Shown: piece after piece, positions 40,639-50,598 of the stretch | Layout: each line of letters starts with the position of its first letter | Position numbering within the stretch: position 1 is the first letter of the stretch | NCBI GenBank assembly: GCA_964414835.1 | Contig: CAYPWY010000007.1 | Span: 12,993 to 76,992, forward strand | Length of the DNA: 64,000 bases | Direction: 5' to 3' | From: an uncultured Butyrivibrio sp. | Lineage (GTDB): Bacteria > Bacillota > Clostridia > Lachnospirales > Lachnospiraceae | Program-made: the position numbers and the translations under genes | Notes under the pieces: generated by a model | What the model was told of the DNA's origin: nothing | What the model saw: the letters and a program-made list of their open reading frames with translations, nothing else | The model's database searches: none

Positions 40639-41268
40639 CTACTCCTGTCTTGCAATGTTATATGATAAAGTCATAAGGCTTTCAGATAAATGCACATTCT
40701 CAACCACAACATTCTTGGGTACTATTAAATCCATATGGGCGAAATTCCATATTCCCTTGATACCGGCTTCAACCGCTATTCTTGCCACTTCATTAGCACT
40801 TGTCTTGGGAATCGTCAGCGCCATAATCTCTATCCCGTTATCCCGTATGAAGCCGCTCATCTCATCCATAGTCATTATTTTGGCTCCTCGGCATTCCCTT
40901 CCTATTAATTCGGGATTGCTGTCAAACATGCCCTTTACAACAAAACCTCTCTTGGCAAAATTTGCATAATTGGCAAGAGCCCGCCCAAGATTTCCGGCTC
41001 CCGCAATTATTATATTATGAACACGGTCCATTCCCAGTATTTTAGCTATTTCATCATGAAGATACTCTACATTATATCCGTAACCCTGCTGTCCAAATCC
41101 GCCAAAATGATTTAAATCCTGTCTTATCTGTGATGCTGACACCTTCATTCGGCTGCTCAAATCACCGGAAGATATTCTCTCAACTCCGTTATCTAAAAGT
41201 TCCTCTAAATATCTGTAATATCTGGGCAGTCTCTTGACAACAGCCATTGAAATTTCATTGCGGTCCAT
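40639..41268 (-). CDS. rex: Redox-sensing repressor Rex
   Basis: RLPRYYRYL, SQIRQDL..FG.FGQQGYGY, GAGNLG and IWNFA. Confidence 0.97.
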   Translation of the reverse strand: MDRNEISMAVVKRLPRYYRYLEELLDNGVERISSGDLSSRMKVSASQIRQDLNHFGGFGQQGYGYNVEYLHDEIAKILGMDRVHNIIIAGAGNLGRALANYANFAKRGFVVKGMFDSNPELIGRECRGAKIMTMDEMSGFIRDNGIEIMALTIPKTSANEVARIAVEAGIKGIWNFAHMDLIVPKNVVVENVHLSESLMTLSYNIARQE

Positions 41269-41337
41269 ATATATGCCTCCTCTATACCCGGCTCAATCTT
41301 TCTGCACAATAAAAAATTGACATCATCAATACATACA

Positions 41338-41384
41338 ATTTTAGCAGTATGAATGATAAATGTCAATTTTTTACTTTATCACAA
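41338..41384 (-). promoter_or_regulatory. rex promoter with a candidate Rex operator
   Basis: TTGACA-N17-TAAAAT with extended TG; adjacent TTGTGATAAAGTAAAAAA partly matches the Rex palindrome. Confidence 0.6.
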
Positions 41385-41393
41385 TATGGTATT

Positions 41394-42158
41394 TTAAAGA
41401 CTTACTTTTCTCTTAAGCAGTTCCGACACGCCTATATATGTTCCTATTATGAAAACAATCTCAAACAAATACAGAAGCCATGAGCCACCAATAATCTGAA
41501 GAAAGCTGTCTCCAAAGTCAAATGTCGGTATAAAATTGGATATGACAGATGCCGCTATCCTTATTGCCAAAAAAAGTCCGAATGCCAGCCAGCCTTTGCC
41601 TTTCTTGTTGGCAAGAATCGTAGCACTGAGTGTTATTGCAAGATAAGCAAAGCTTACGGTAAGAAGAATATTTAACCATATGCTTGTGATTGTTGCCGCA
41701 ATGCTTATAACAATATCCATTATTCCTGAGCCGGAAACCATGCTGAGCATCTCATTAATAATCTCCGTAATATCCCTGAAATTGGCATATTTTATGAATA
41801 CGAGCTGTACATCAAGATATATAAAAAGAATATATAATACCGATGCCAGAACCGTCATCAAAAACAGCATAAGATATTTTGCTCCGACTATCTTATATGT
41901 TGAATTAGGGGTCATAAAAGTCATAAAGCTGTACTTGGAATTGAGTTCTCTGGCATATGATATAACTCCCATAATCATCAGGAAAACTATAACCGCCCAG
42001 CCGCAAAGCATAAATAAGATTACCGATATCATAAGATTGGTATCACTTTCAAATATTATACTTCCGGCAAGATATGCTTCAAGTGCAATCAGTACGGCAA
42101 AAATTACAATATATGGCGTCAAATCTTTTCTGAGTTCATATTTAATGAGCTTGAGCAT
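41394..42158 (-). CDS. ABC-2 type exporter permease
   Basis: Start MLKLIKYELRK; about six TMs; overlaps the ATPase 3' end. Confidence 0.85.
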   Translation of the reverse strand: MLKLIKYELRKDLTPYIVIFAVLIALEAYLAGSIIFESDTNLMISVILFMLCGWAVIVFLMIMGVISYARELNSKYSFMTFMTPNSTYKIVGAKYLMLFLMTVLASVLYILFIYLDVQLVFIKYANFRDITEIINEMLSMVSGSGIMDIVISIAATITSIWLNILLTVSFAYLAITLSATILANKKGKGWLAFGLFLAIRIAASVISNFIPTFDFGDSFLQIIGGSWLLYLFEIVFIIGTYIGVSELLKRKVSL

Positions 42159-42858
42159 ATGGTACACCTCCCCATCCGTATACTTCCTTATACAACTGTA
42201 CAAGGGATTTCTGATTGACTGCCCGCAGCTTGTCGGCATCTCCGGCAAGTACAAGCTCTCCGTTCTTCATAAAAAGAGCCCCATTGACAACATGTTCCAG
42301 CTCATCCACAAGATGGCTTGATACAACGATTGTCCTGTTTCCTCCTGCGTTGGCAATAATTGCATTGATTATTACCTCTCTGGCAAGAATGTCAATACCG
42401 TTAAGAGGCTCATCAAGCATTATTATATCTGCATTACGGGAAAGCGCCACGGCAATTTTTAATTTGGCAAGCATACCTGTTGACATATTTTTAACCTTGT
42501 CGTTAAACTGCAGCCCCATTTTGCCAAGCAGGTCATAGAATACCGTTTCACTGAAATCCTTATAAAAATCTTTATAAAATTTAACTATATCACGAATTGT
42601 CATATACGGATAAAAATAACTCTCGGTAGGCATATAAACTATATGCGCCCTGCTTTCACAGCTCAATGGTTCACCATTAAGCTGTATGCTGCCTGATGTA
42701 GGCTTTATAAGTCCCACAATCATCTTCATAAGCGTTGTCTTTCCACTGCCGTTAGGCCCCAAAAGAGCATAAACCCTGCCCGATTCAAGCTTCATATTGA
42801 CGTGGTTGACAGCCGTACATGAATAATACTTCTTAACTAATTCATCGCAAATCAGCAT
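42142..42858 (-). CDS. ABC exporter ATP-binding subunit
   Basis: GPNGSGKTT, degenerate signature MSTGM, LDEP and SSH. Confidence 0.92.
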   Translation of the reverse strand: MLICDELVKKYYSCTAVNHVNMKLESGRVYALLGPNGSGKTTLMKMIVGLIKPTSGSIQLNGEPLSCESRAHIVYMPTESYFYPYMTIRDIVKFYKDFYKDFSETVFYDLLGKMGLQFNDKVKNMSTGMLAKLKIAVALSRNADIIMLDEPLNGIDILAREVIINAIIANAGGNRTIVVSSHLVDELEHVVNGALFMKNGELVLAGDADKLRAVNQKSLVQLYKEVYGWGGVPYAQAH

Positions 42859-42998
42859 ATCAATTTCCTCCACCATATTTTACCTTAATTTTAATGTTAT
42901 TTAATAGTATATCACTAATTTCTTCACATAGCAAGTTGCAAAGAAATTTTCAATAATGTATACTAATATAAAATATTATGGCGAGGTATTATATTTTT

Positions 42999-43823
42999 AT
43001 GGCAGACATTATGCAGATGATTGAGGACGCGGCATCCTATATTAAAGACCGCATTGATTTTACACCTGAGATTGCAATAATTCTCGGTTCAGGACTGGGA
43101 CCTCTGGCTAAGGAGGTCACTGACCCGGTTGTTATGAAATATTCCGACATTCCCCATTTTAAGGCATCAACAGTTGCAGGACATGCCGGTGAGCTTATAG
43201 CAGGAACCGTTGAAGGGCGCAGTGTGCTTGTTATGAATGGACGCTTTCATTATTATGAGGGTCATACTATGGATGTGGTCACACTTCCCATACGCGTTTT
43301 TGCCAGACTGGGTATTAAGAATTTGATTGTCACCAATGCCGCCGGAGGAATCAAGGATTCCCTGCATCCCGGTCAGATTATGCTTATCAATGACCACCTG
43401 AGTTTTATGTGTCAGTCGCCTCTCATTGGTTCTAATCTTGATGAGTTCGGCGTGCGTTTCCCTGATATGACGGAGGTTTATACCAAATCGCTTATTAAGC
43501 TTGCACACCGCATCGCTGATGATAACGGCATTGATGTTCAGGAAGGTGTATACTGCTATTTCCGGGGGCCCCAATATGAAACTCCGGCAGAGATACGTGC
43601 CGTCCGTATGCTTGGTGCCGATGCTGCCGGAATGTCTACCGTTCCTGAGGCGATTACGGCAAGACACTGCGGTATGAGGATTCTCGGCATATCCCTCATT
43701 ACCAACAAAGCCGCCGGACTTGGCGGCACAGGGCTTTCACATGCCGAGGTTACCGATATTGCCCACCGCGCTGAGCAAAACATGGTAACACTGGTAAAAA
43801 ATATAATTGGCGAGTGGAAATAA
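42999..43823 (+). CDS. punA: Purine nucleoside phosphorylase (trimeric type)
   Basis: ILGSGLG, GRFHYYEG, TNAAGG, GPQYETPAE and GMSTVPE. Confidence 0.95.
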   Translation: MADIMQMIEDAASYIKDRIDFTPEIAIILGSGLGPLAKEVTDPVVMKYSDIPHFKASTVAGHAGELIAGTVEGRSVLVMNGRFHYYEGHTMDVVTLPIRVFARLGIKNLIVTNAAGGIKDSLHPGQIMLINDHLSFMCQSPLIGSNLDEFGVRFPDMTEVYTKSLIKLAHRIADDNGIDVQEGVYCYFRGPQYETPAEIRAVRMLGADAAGMSTVPEAITARHCGMRILGISLITNKAAGLGGTGLSHAEVTDIAHRAEQNMVTLVKNIIGEWK

Positions 43824-43825
43824 TT

Positions 43826-45733
43826 ATGGTTTTGAATTGCAGCAATATATGTAAAACTTTCATAGCAGATGAGATACTGCACAATGTATCTTTTCATATA
43901 GAAGAGGGAGAAAAAGCCGCCATCGTAGGAATTAACGGTGCAGGCAAATCTACTCTGTTAAAAATTATTATGAATGAGCTTGATGCTGACAGCGGCATTG
44001 TAACAATAGCAAAGGAACACACCATAGGCTATCTTGCCCAGCATCAGGACATCTCCTCGGACAGAACCATCTATCAGGAGGTCATGACCGTCAAAAAGGA
44101 TATTGTTGACTTGGAGCTGACCCTAAGGTCATTGGAACATCAGATGAAACACGCAGAAGGTCAGGAGCTTGAAAAGCTTCTTAATACTTACACTTTGCGT
44201 AATCACGAATTTGAACAGCAGAACGGCTATGCCGCACGCAGCGAGGTTGTAGGCGTATTAAAAGGTCTTGGTTTTACGGAAAAGGAGTTTGACAAAAGAA
44301 TATCACTGCTGTCCGGCGGTGAAAAAACACGAGTTTCCCTCAGCAAGCTTTTGCTGAGCAAACCGGACATTCTTCTTTTGGATGAGCCTACCAATCACCT
44401 TGACCTGCCGTCAATTGCATGGCTGGAGACATACCTTACCAATTATGCAGGCAGCGTTGTAATCGTGGCTCATGACAGGTATTTTCTCGATAAGATAGTC
44501 GACAAAATCATAGAGCTTGACAACGGTATATGCACTGTATATTCGGGAACATATTCGGATTATTCAGCCAAACGCGCCCAGGTAAGGGCTGCACGTCTCA
44601 AGGCTTACTATAATAACCAGCGTGAAATCAGACATCAGCAGGAAGTTATCGACAAACTCAAATCATTTAACCGTGAGAAATCCATAAAGCGTGCAGAGAG
44701 CCGTGAAAAAATGCTTGCCAAAATGGACGTAGTTGAAAAGCCTCTTGAAGATTCCGACGGAATGCATTTTAAACTTGAACCGGCAGTCATAAGCGGCAAT
44801 GATGTACTAAGCGTAACAGGTCTTACCAAAAGCTTTGGAGAGCGGACTCTTTTCAGTAATATTGATTTTGAAATAAAGCGCGGAGAGCGTGTTGCACTTA
44901 TAGGTGCCAACGGAACAGGCAAAACTACCATTCTTAAAATAATCAACGGGCTTTGTGAAGCTGACGGCGGCGTTGTCAGACTTGGCGCCAATGTGGAATG
45001 CGGCTACTATGACCAGGAGCACAATGTTCTGGATATGGATAAAACTCTTTTTGACGAAATATCGGATACATATCCCGATATGAATAATACCAAGATACGC
45101 AATGTTCTTGCGGCTTTTCTTTTTACGGATGACGATGTGTTCAAGCGCATCGGCGACTTAAGCGGAGGTGAACGAGGCAGAGTACTGCTTGCCAAGCTTA
45201 TGCTGTCCAACTCCAATCTTCTTCTTTTGGACGAGCCCACCAACCACCTTGATATCAATTCCAAGGAAATATTAGAGGAAGCGCTTAATAATTACACCGG
45301 CACCTGTTTTTTCGTGTCCCACGACAGATATTTTATCAATTCGGTTGCCACCCGTATTCTTGACTTGCAAAATTGCACCATAACTAATTATATAGGCAAT
45401 TATGACTACTATCTGGAGAAATCCGTCGCCTCTGCTTCAATCCAGAATCAGAGCACAGCTTCTGATTTTGCTGTTGTATCTACAGCCAAGGAAGACCGCC
45501 TTATCAAAAAAGAGGAACAGGCAAGGGAGCGCAGACGGCTCAATGAAATCGCCAGAATTGAGTCCAGAATATCGGATATAGACAGGCTCATTGAAGAAAC
45601 AGACATTGAGCTTTCCAACGAACAGGTATACACCGACCACAATAAGTCGTCAGAGCTTAGCAGTAACCGGGAAAAGCTCATAGCCGAACAGGAGGAATTA
45701 TATATCCAATGGGAAAGTCTGGAAAACTCCTGA
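43826..45733 (+). CDS. ABC-F family ATPase (ribosome-associated)
   Basis: Two NBDs (GINGAGKS, GANGTGKT), two LSGGE and two DEPTNHLD; no TM; C-terminal coiled coil. Confidence 0.93.
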   Translation: MVLNCSNICKTFIADEILHNVSFHIEEGEKAAIVGINGAGKSTLLKIIMNELDADSGIVTIAKEHTIGYLAQHQDISSDRTIYQEVMTVKKDIVDLELTLRSLEHQMKHAEGQELEKLLNTYTLRNHEFEQQNGYAARSEVVGVLKGLGFTEKEFDKRISLLSGGEKTRVSLSKLLLSKPDILLLDEPTNHLDLPSIAWLETYLTNYAGSVVIVAHDRYFLDKIVDKIIELDNGICTVYSGTYSDYSAKRAQVRAARLKAYYNNQREIRHQQEVIDKLKSFNREKSIKRAESREKMLAKMDVVEKPLEDSDGMHFKLEPAVISGNDVLSVTGLTKSFGERTLFSNIDFEIKRGERVALIGANGTGKTTILKIINGLCEADGGVVRLGANVECGYYDQEHNVLDMDKTLFDEISDTYPDMNNTKIRNVLAAFLFTDDDVFKRIGDLSGGERGRVLLAKLMLSNSNLLLLDEPTNHLDINSKEILEEALNNYTGTCFFVSHDRYFINSVATRILDLQNCTITNYIGNYDYYLEKSVASASIQNQSTASDFAVVSTAKEDRLIKKEEQARERRRLNEIARIESRISDIDRLIEETDIELSNEQVYTDHNKSSELSSNREKLIAEQEELYIQWESLENS

Positions 45734-45751
45734 TTACATATATCAGGCACA

Positions 45752-45793
45752 AAAACGGCATTGCAGCAGTTGTTACTGAGGCAATGCCGTTTT
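45752..45793. terminator. Bidirectional terminator between convergent genes
   Basis: AAAACGGCATTGC...GCAATGCCGTTTT. Confidence 0.85.
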
Positions 45794-45794
45794 G

Positions 45795-46226
45795 TTATTC
45801 CAAACCGGATTTGTCAATATAAATTATCATTCCCGGACCAAGTCCCTCCGTAGGTCTTGCCGTAAATCCATGCTGTATATAAAACTGTTCTCGTCCCTTG
45901 GCACACATCAGACAAAGCATCATACGCGTACCCGGCTGTGTAATTCCCTTAACATAATCCTTAAGCATTCTCAAAATACTTCCGCCTATATTATGCCCTT
46001 GCGCCTCAGGAAGTACAACCAAATCCTGAATATATGAAACAACTGCGCCGTCTCCGACAATTCTTCCCATACCCACAGGTTCTCCATCAACATACGCGCA
46101 CAAGGTATACAGAGCATTCTTTAGTGCCCATTCCGCCTGATTTCTCGATAACTCTATCCATCCTACCCTGTGCCTTAACATAAGGTATGTATCCACATCA
46201 AGCTGATTTTCTCTTATCTCTAACAT
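45795..46226 (-). CDS. GNAT family N-acetyltransferase
   Basis: VGMGRIVGDG, VLPEAQGHNIG and FYIQHGF. Confidence 0.9.
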   Translation of the reverse strand: MLEIRENQLDVDTYLMLRHRVGWIELSRNQAEWALKNALYTLCAYVDGEPVGMGRIVGDGAVVSYIQDLVVLPEAQGHNIGGSILRMLKDYVKGITQPGTRMMLCLMCAKGREQFYIQHGFTARPTEGLGPGMIIYIDKSGLE

Positions 46227-46250
46227 AATAAGCCTCTTTCAAACGACTGA

Positions 46251-46997
46251 TTATTTTATCCCGAAGCTTTCGTTTATACGCTTCCAGTCTGCCTTGAGAA
46301 TACGCTGATTACGTCCTCTGAATTCCGATTTTTCCTCGTACAGATATTTCTGGCTCAAAAGTCCATCCAGTGTAGCCTGTATACGCTCCTTAGGAATTTT
46401 ATTATACTCAGACACACCTTTGACCGTCTTCCAATATGTGGCAACCTTATTCATGCTTTTAAGTCTTTTGAGCGAATCAAGTATCAGGTCGATATAAAAC
46501 TGCTGCTCCTGAACCTGTCTCGGCATCTCAACATATGAGTTGGCCGATGACTTAAGCTTATTGCTGAGGGCATGTTTAACAGCATATATAATAACCTTCT
46601 TATTAAGCTCCCGCAGGTACTGCACTGCAAGATTAAAATGTCCATCACCTGTAAAAATAATAAACACATCAGGAGAATTTTTCTTAGCAGCTTCTCTGTA
46701 AATTGCATCAAGAATAATAAAATCTGTAAAATCTTTATCAACGCCGTCTTTCATACTGGCTGTATGTATAACGTTCTTGGTATATTTGCCAAGCTTATCA
46801 AGTTCAGGGCCTATAACCCGGTTATTAAAATCTCCGTAAAAATATAATTTCTGAATCTTATATTCACTGCGTATTTCATTATACCATTCCTCTACATTGG
46901 GAACCATATTAAACTTGTTGGTATATGAATAAAACCAATGCTCATAATCCACAAATGCTGCCGCTGTCTGTTTTCTGCTGATTCCAAATAATCCCAC
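46251..46997 (-). CDS. NYN-domain (PIN-like) protein with a C-terminal helical/wHTH region
   Basis: FVDYE, KDFTD and TGDGHF motifs; AAAGGAGG RBS with GTG start. Confidence 0.8.
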   Translation of the reverse strand: MGLFGISRKQTAAAFVDYEHWFYSYTNKFNMVPNVEEWYNEIRSEYKIQKLYFYGDFNNRVIGPELDKLGKYTKNVIHTASMKDGVDKDFTDFIILDAIYREAAKKNSPDVFIIFTGDGHFNLAVQYLRELNKKVIIYAVKHALSNKLKSSANSYVEMPRQVQEQQFYIDLILDSLKRLKSMNKVATYWKTVKGVSEYNKIPKERIQATLDGLLSQKYLYEEKSEFRGRNQRILKADWKRINESFGIK

Positions 46998-47094
46998 CTT
47001 TCTCCTCCTTTCTTAAATAATATGTATGTCCAAAGACATATCGCTTTTATTATATAACTTTGGTTTGTCTTTTGCAACACAAAATAAAAAGCGG

Positions 47095-47191
47095 CACAAG
47101 ATGTTGTGTATTTTTTTGTATTTTTAACAACATCTTGTAGACACTCACCAGATATAGTGTTATAATGTTAACCATAGTACATTATATTGTG
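47095..47191 (+). promoter_or_regulatory. nrdD promoter with four NrdR boxes
   Basis: CACAAGATGTTGTG 47095, AACAACATCTTGTA 47126, CACCAGATATAGTG 47146, TACATTATATTGTG 47178; TAGACA-N17-TATAAT. Confidence 0.85.
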
Positions 47192-47280
47192 ATTTTTTGT
47201 GAATTTACATATCAGGGTTTGATGCCCAATATATACACATAAATTAATTATTAAAAAAAAGGTTTGTTCAGGAGGATGTT

Positions 47281-49407
47281 ATGAAAGTAATCAAAAGAGA
47301 TGGCAGAGAGGTTAATTATGACCGCAACAAAATTATAATTGCCATTCAAAAAGCCAATGATGAGGTACCATTCAGCGAGAAGATTTCCGATGATAAAATT
47401 CATGGTATTGTGGCTTCAATCGAGAAGCTTGGCGCAAGCACTCTTCAGGTAGAAGAAATTCAGGATATTATTGAACAGAAGCTTATGGCTGAACGCAAAT
47501 TTGTTCTTGCCAAAACCTACATTATATACCGCTATCAGCGTGAAATGGTTCGTAAATCCAATACAACCGACGAATCAATTCTCGGACTTATCCAGCAGAC
47601 CAACAAATACGCAATGGAAGAAAACTCCAACAAAAACGCCGCAGTTGCATCAACCCAGCGTGACCTTATTGCCGGTGAAGTTTCAAGAGACCTGACCAAA
47701 AGGCTTCTTCTCCCTGAGAAAATTTCAAAGGCTCATGATGAAGGCATAATACATTTTCACGATGCGGATTATTATGTTCAGTCTATTTTCAACTGCTGTC
47801 TCATCAACATAAGCGATATGCTGGACAACGGCACTGTCATGAACGGCAAAATGATTGAAAGCCCTAAGAGTTTTCAGGTTGCATGTACTGTCATGACTCA
47901 GATAATATCTGCCGTTGCAAGCAGTCAGTATGGCGGACAGTCGGTTGACATAAGCCATCTCGGAAAATATCTGCGCAAAACAAAGGATAAATACCGCAAG
48001 CGCTATTCAGAGGAATTTGCCGGAGTATTTACACCTGAACAGATTGAAAAAATAGCTTCAGACAGGATGTTGGACGAGCTTAAGTCAGGTGTTCAGACAA
48101 TCCAATATCAGATAAACACACTTATGACCACCAACGGTCAGTCACCTTTTGTGACACTTTTCCTTAATCTTAAAGAGGATGACCCTTATGTTGATGAAGT
48201 TGCACTTATTATAGAAGAAATACTTAAACAGAGGATTCAGGGAATCAAAAACAAAGCCGGCGTTTATGTTACCCCTGCTTTCCCTAAGCTTATATATGTA
48301 CTCGATGAGCACAACTGTCTCAAGGGCGGAAAATATGATTATCTTACCAAGCTTGCTGTTGAGTGTTCTTCCAAAAGAATGTATCCTGACTATATATCAG
48401 CCAAAAAGATGCGAGAAAACTATGAGGGTCAGGTATTCAGTTGTATGGGCTGCCGTTCCTTCTTAAGCCCTTGGAAGGATGAAAACGGCAATTATAAATG
48501 GGAAGGACGTTTCAATCAGGGGGTTGTCAGCCTTAACCTTCCTCAGATTGGTATTATTGCCCAAGGCAATGAAGAACTTTTCTGGGAACTTATGGAAGAA
48601 AGGCTTTCAATCTGTTTTGAGGCGTTGATGTGCAGACACAAATCACTTGAAGGCACACTTTCCGATGTAAGTCCTATACATTGGCAGTATGGCGCCATAG
48701 CAAGGCTTGAGCCCGGTCAGACAATCGACAGTCTCCTCCACGGCGGCTACTCTACTATCTCATTGGGATATATCGGTCTTTACGAGGTCACAAAGCTTAT
48801 GACAGGTGTAAGCCACACTGACCCTAAGGGTACTGAATTTGCAATGAAGGTTATGAGAAGACTTCGCGAAGCTTGTGATACATGGAAGCGCAACACCGGT
48901 ATCGGTTTCGGTCTTTACGGAACCCCTGCCGAATCACTGTGTTACAGATTTGCAGAGATTGACCGTAAAAAGTACGGGGATATAAAGGATATTACAGACA
49001 AGGGTTATTACACCAACTCATATCATGTTGATGTCCGTGAAAAAATTGATGCTTTCAGTAAATTCCGATTTGAAAGCCAGTTCCAGACTATTTCCAGCGG
49101 CGGCGCAATCTCATATGTAGAGATTCCTAACCTGAGACATAACCTTCCTGCACTGGAAGAAATTGTTAAATTTATTTATGATAATATACAGTATGCTGAA
49201 TTTAACACCAAATCGGATTATTGTCAGGTATGCGGTTTTGACGGCGAGATTATTATCAACGACAAGCTTGAATGGGAATGCCCTCAGTGCCATAACAAGG
49301 ACCACAATAAGATGAATGTTACAAGAAGAACCTGCGGCTATCTGGGCGAGAATTTCTGGAATGTGGGCAAAACCAAAGAAATCAATTCACGTGTACTTCA
49401 CATTTAG
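47281..49407 (+). CDS. nrdD: Anaerobic ribonucleoside-triphosphate reductase with ATP-cone
   Basis: VIKRDG ATP-cone, NCCL, MGCRS, CxxC...CxxC and RRTCGYL glycyl-radical loop. Confidence 0.97.
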   Translation: MKVIKRDGREVNYDRNKIIIAIQKANDEVPFSEKISDDKIHGIVASIEKLGASTLQVEEIQDIIEQKLMAERKFVLAKTYIIYRYQREMVRKSNTTDESILGLIQQTNKYAMEENSNKNAAVASTQRDLIAGEVSRDLTKRLLLPEKISKAHDEGIIHFHDADYYVQSIFNCCLINISDMLDNGTVMNGKMIESPKSFQVACTVMTQIISAVASSQYGGQSVDISHLGKYLRKTKDKYRKRYSEEFAGVFTPEQIEKIASDRMLDELKSGVQTIQYQINTLMTTNGQSPFVTLFLNLKEDDPYVDEVALIIEEILKQRIQGIKNKAGVYVTPAFPKLIYVLDEHNCLKGGKYDYLTKLAVECSSKRMYPDYISAKKMRENYEGQVFSCMGCRSFLSPWKDENGNYKWEGRFNQGVVSLNLPQIGIIAQGNEELFWELMEERLSICFEALMCRHKSLEGTLSDVSPIHWQYGAIARLEPGQTIDSLLHGGYSTISLGYIGLYEVTKLMTGVSHTDPKGTEFAMKVMRRLREACDTWKRNTGIGFGLYGTPAESLCYRFAEIDRKKYGDIKDITDKGYYTNSYHVDVREKIDAFSKFRFESQFQTISSGGAISYVEIPNLRHNLPALEEIVKFIYDNIQYAEFNTKSDYCQVCGFDGEIIINDKLEWECPQCHNKDHNKMNVTRRTCGYLGENFWNVGKTKEINSRVLHI

Positions 49408-49416
49408 AGGATGTTT

Positions 49417-49974
49417 ATGAACTATGCAGATATAAAACTTTTTGATGCCGCCAACGGTCCCGGAATAAGAATTTCACTTTTTGTAAGCGGCTGTACACAC
49501 AGATGCAAAGGGTGTTTTAACCAAGAGGCTTGGGATTTTTCTTACGGTAAGGCATTCACCAAAAAAGAAACTGACTATATCATAGAGCAGCTGGCACCTG
49601 CTCATATAAGCGGACTTACCATCTTGGGCGGAGAGCCAATGGACCCTGCAAATCAGCCTGGAATACTTCCGCTGCTGCGAAAAGTCCGTGAAGTGTACGG
49701 CAATACAAAAAGCATCTGGATTTTTACGGGATACCTTTTTGACAGGGACATCCTTGGGACTATGGTAAAAGAACTTCCATGCACCGAGGAAATCCTGAAA
49801 TACGTTGATGTTATGATGGACGGTCCTTTTATAGAGGAACGTAAGGATTTGAATGCGTATTTCAGAGGTTCTGATAACCAGCGTGCAATTCTTGTTCAGG
49901 AAACTTTAGCAGACAACGGTGAGCTTCATTTCTGGCAGCCTATTGAACCGCAGTACGTTTATCCGTCAACCTAA
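49417..49974 (+). CDS. nrdG: Anaerobic RNR activating enzyme
   Basis: NGPGIR, CTHRCKGC, GGEP and RGSDNQ. Confidence 0.96.
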   Translation: MNYADIKLFDAANGPGIRISLFVSGCTHRCKGCFNQEAWDFSYGKAFTKKETDYIIEQLAPAHISGLTILGGEPMDPANQPGILPLLRKVREVYGNTKSIWIFTGYLFDRDILGTMVKELPCTEEILKYVDVMMDGPFIEERKDLNAYFRGSDNQRAILVQETLADNGELHFWQPIEPQYVYPST

Positions 49975-50063
49975 TCCGGCTTTTCCGGGTTCAGATACAC
50001 ATGGATATATTATATATAATATTGCGTATAGTATTTTATACTTATAATTAAGGAGATTTACGA

Positions 50064-50510
50064 ATGACAGCTGACATAAAAGTTAAGAAACTCAATGAAA
50101 ATGCAATTTTACCTACATACGGTTCAGAATATGCCGCAGGTGCTGATTTATACGCATGTATGGAGCAGTCCATCACTATTGCGCCCCACGAGACTGTTAT
50201 GATACATACCGGTCTTGCCATGGAAATTCCTGAAGGCTATGCCGGTCTTATATACCCAAGAAGCGGAATGGCTTCCAAACGCCACTTGGCTCCAGCCAAC
50301 AAGGTAGGCGTTGTTGACCCTGACTACAGAGGCGAATTTATGATAGCCCTTCACAATCATTCCAATGAGGAACAGACTGTTGAACCGGGAGAAAGAATTG
50401 CCCAGCTTGTTATTACTCCGTTTATTACGGCAGCTTTTAAGGAAACCGACCAACTTGACGAGACCGTAAGAGGTGCCGGAGGCTTCGGAAGTACCGGATA
50501 CGGAAAGTAA
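50064..50510 (+). CDS. dut: dUTPase (trimeric)
   Basis: AGADL, PRSG, GVVDPDYRGE, RIAQ and RGAGGFGSTG. Confidence 0.97.
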   Translation: MTADIKVKKLNENAILPTYGSEYAAGADLYACMEQSITIAPHETVMIHTGLAMEIPEGYAGLIYPRSGMASKRHLAPANKVGVVDPDYRGEFMIALHNHSNEEQTVEPGERIAQLVITPFITAAFKETDQLDETVRGAGGFGSTGYGK

Positions 50511-50516
50511 AAACAC

Positions 50517-50567
50517 AAAACCCCTGCCGCAGAAATATGAAATTGGGGAATCTGTGGCAGGGGTTTT
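50517..50567. terminator. Bidirectional terminator after dut
   Basis: AAAACCCCTGCCGCAGA...TCTGTGGCAGGGGTTTT. Confidence 0.8.
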
Positions 50568-50598
50568 ATATTAATCAATGCTATACCGAAAATCAATT

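Noticed and set aside
41394-42858. ABC exporter as the transporter for the 20-aa peptide (Pmt-like)
   Set aside because: 10 kb away and no ATGACCG repeats seen upstream; nothing links the two
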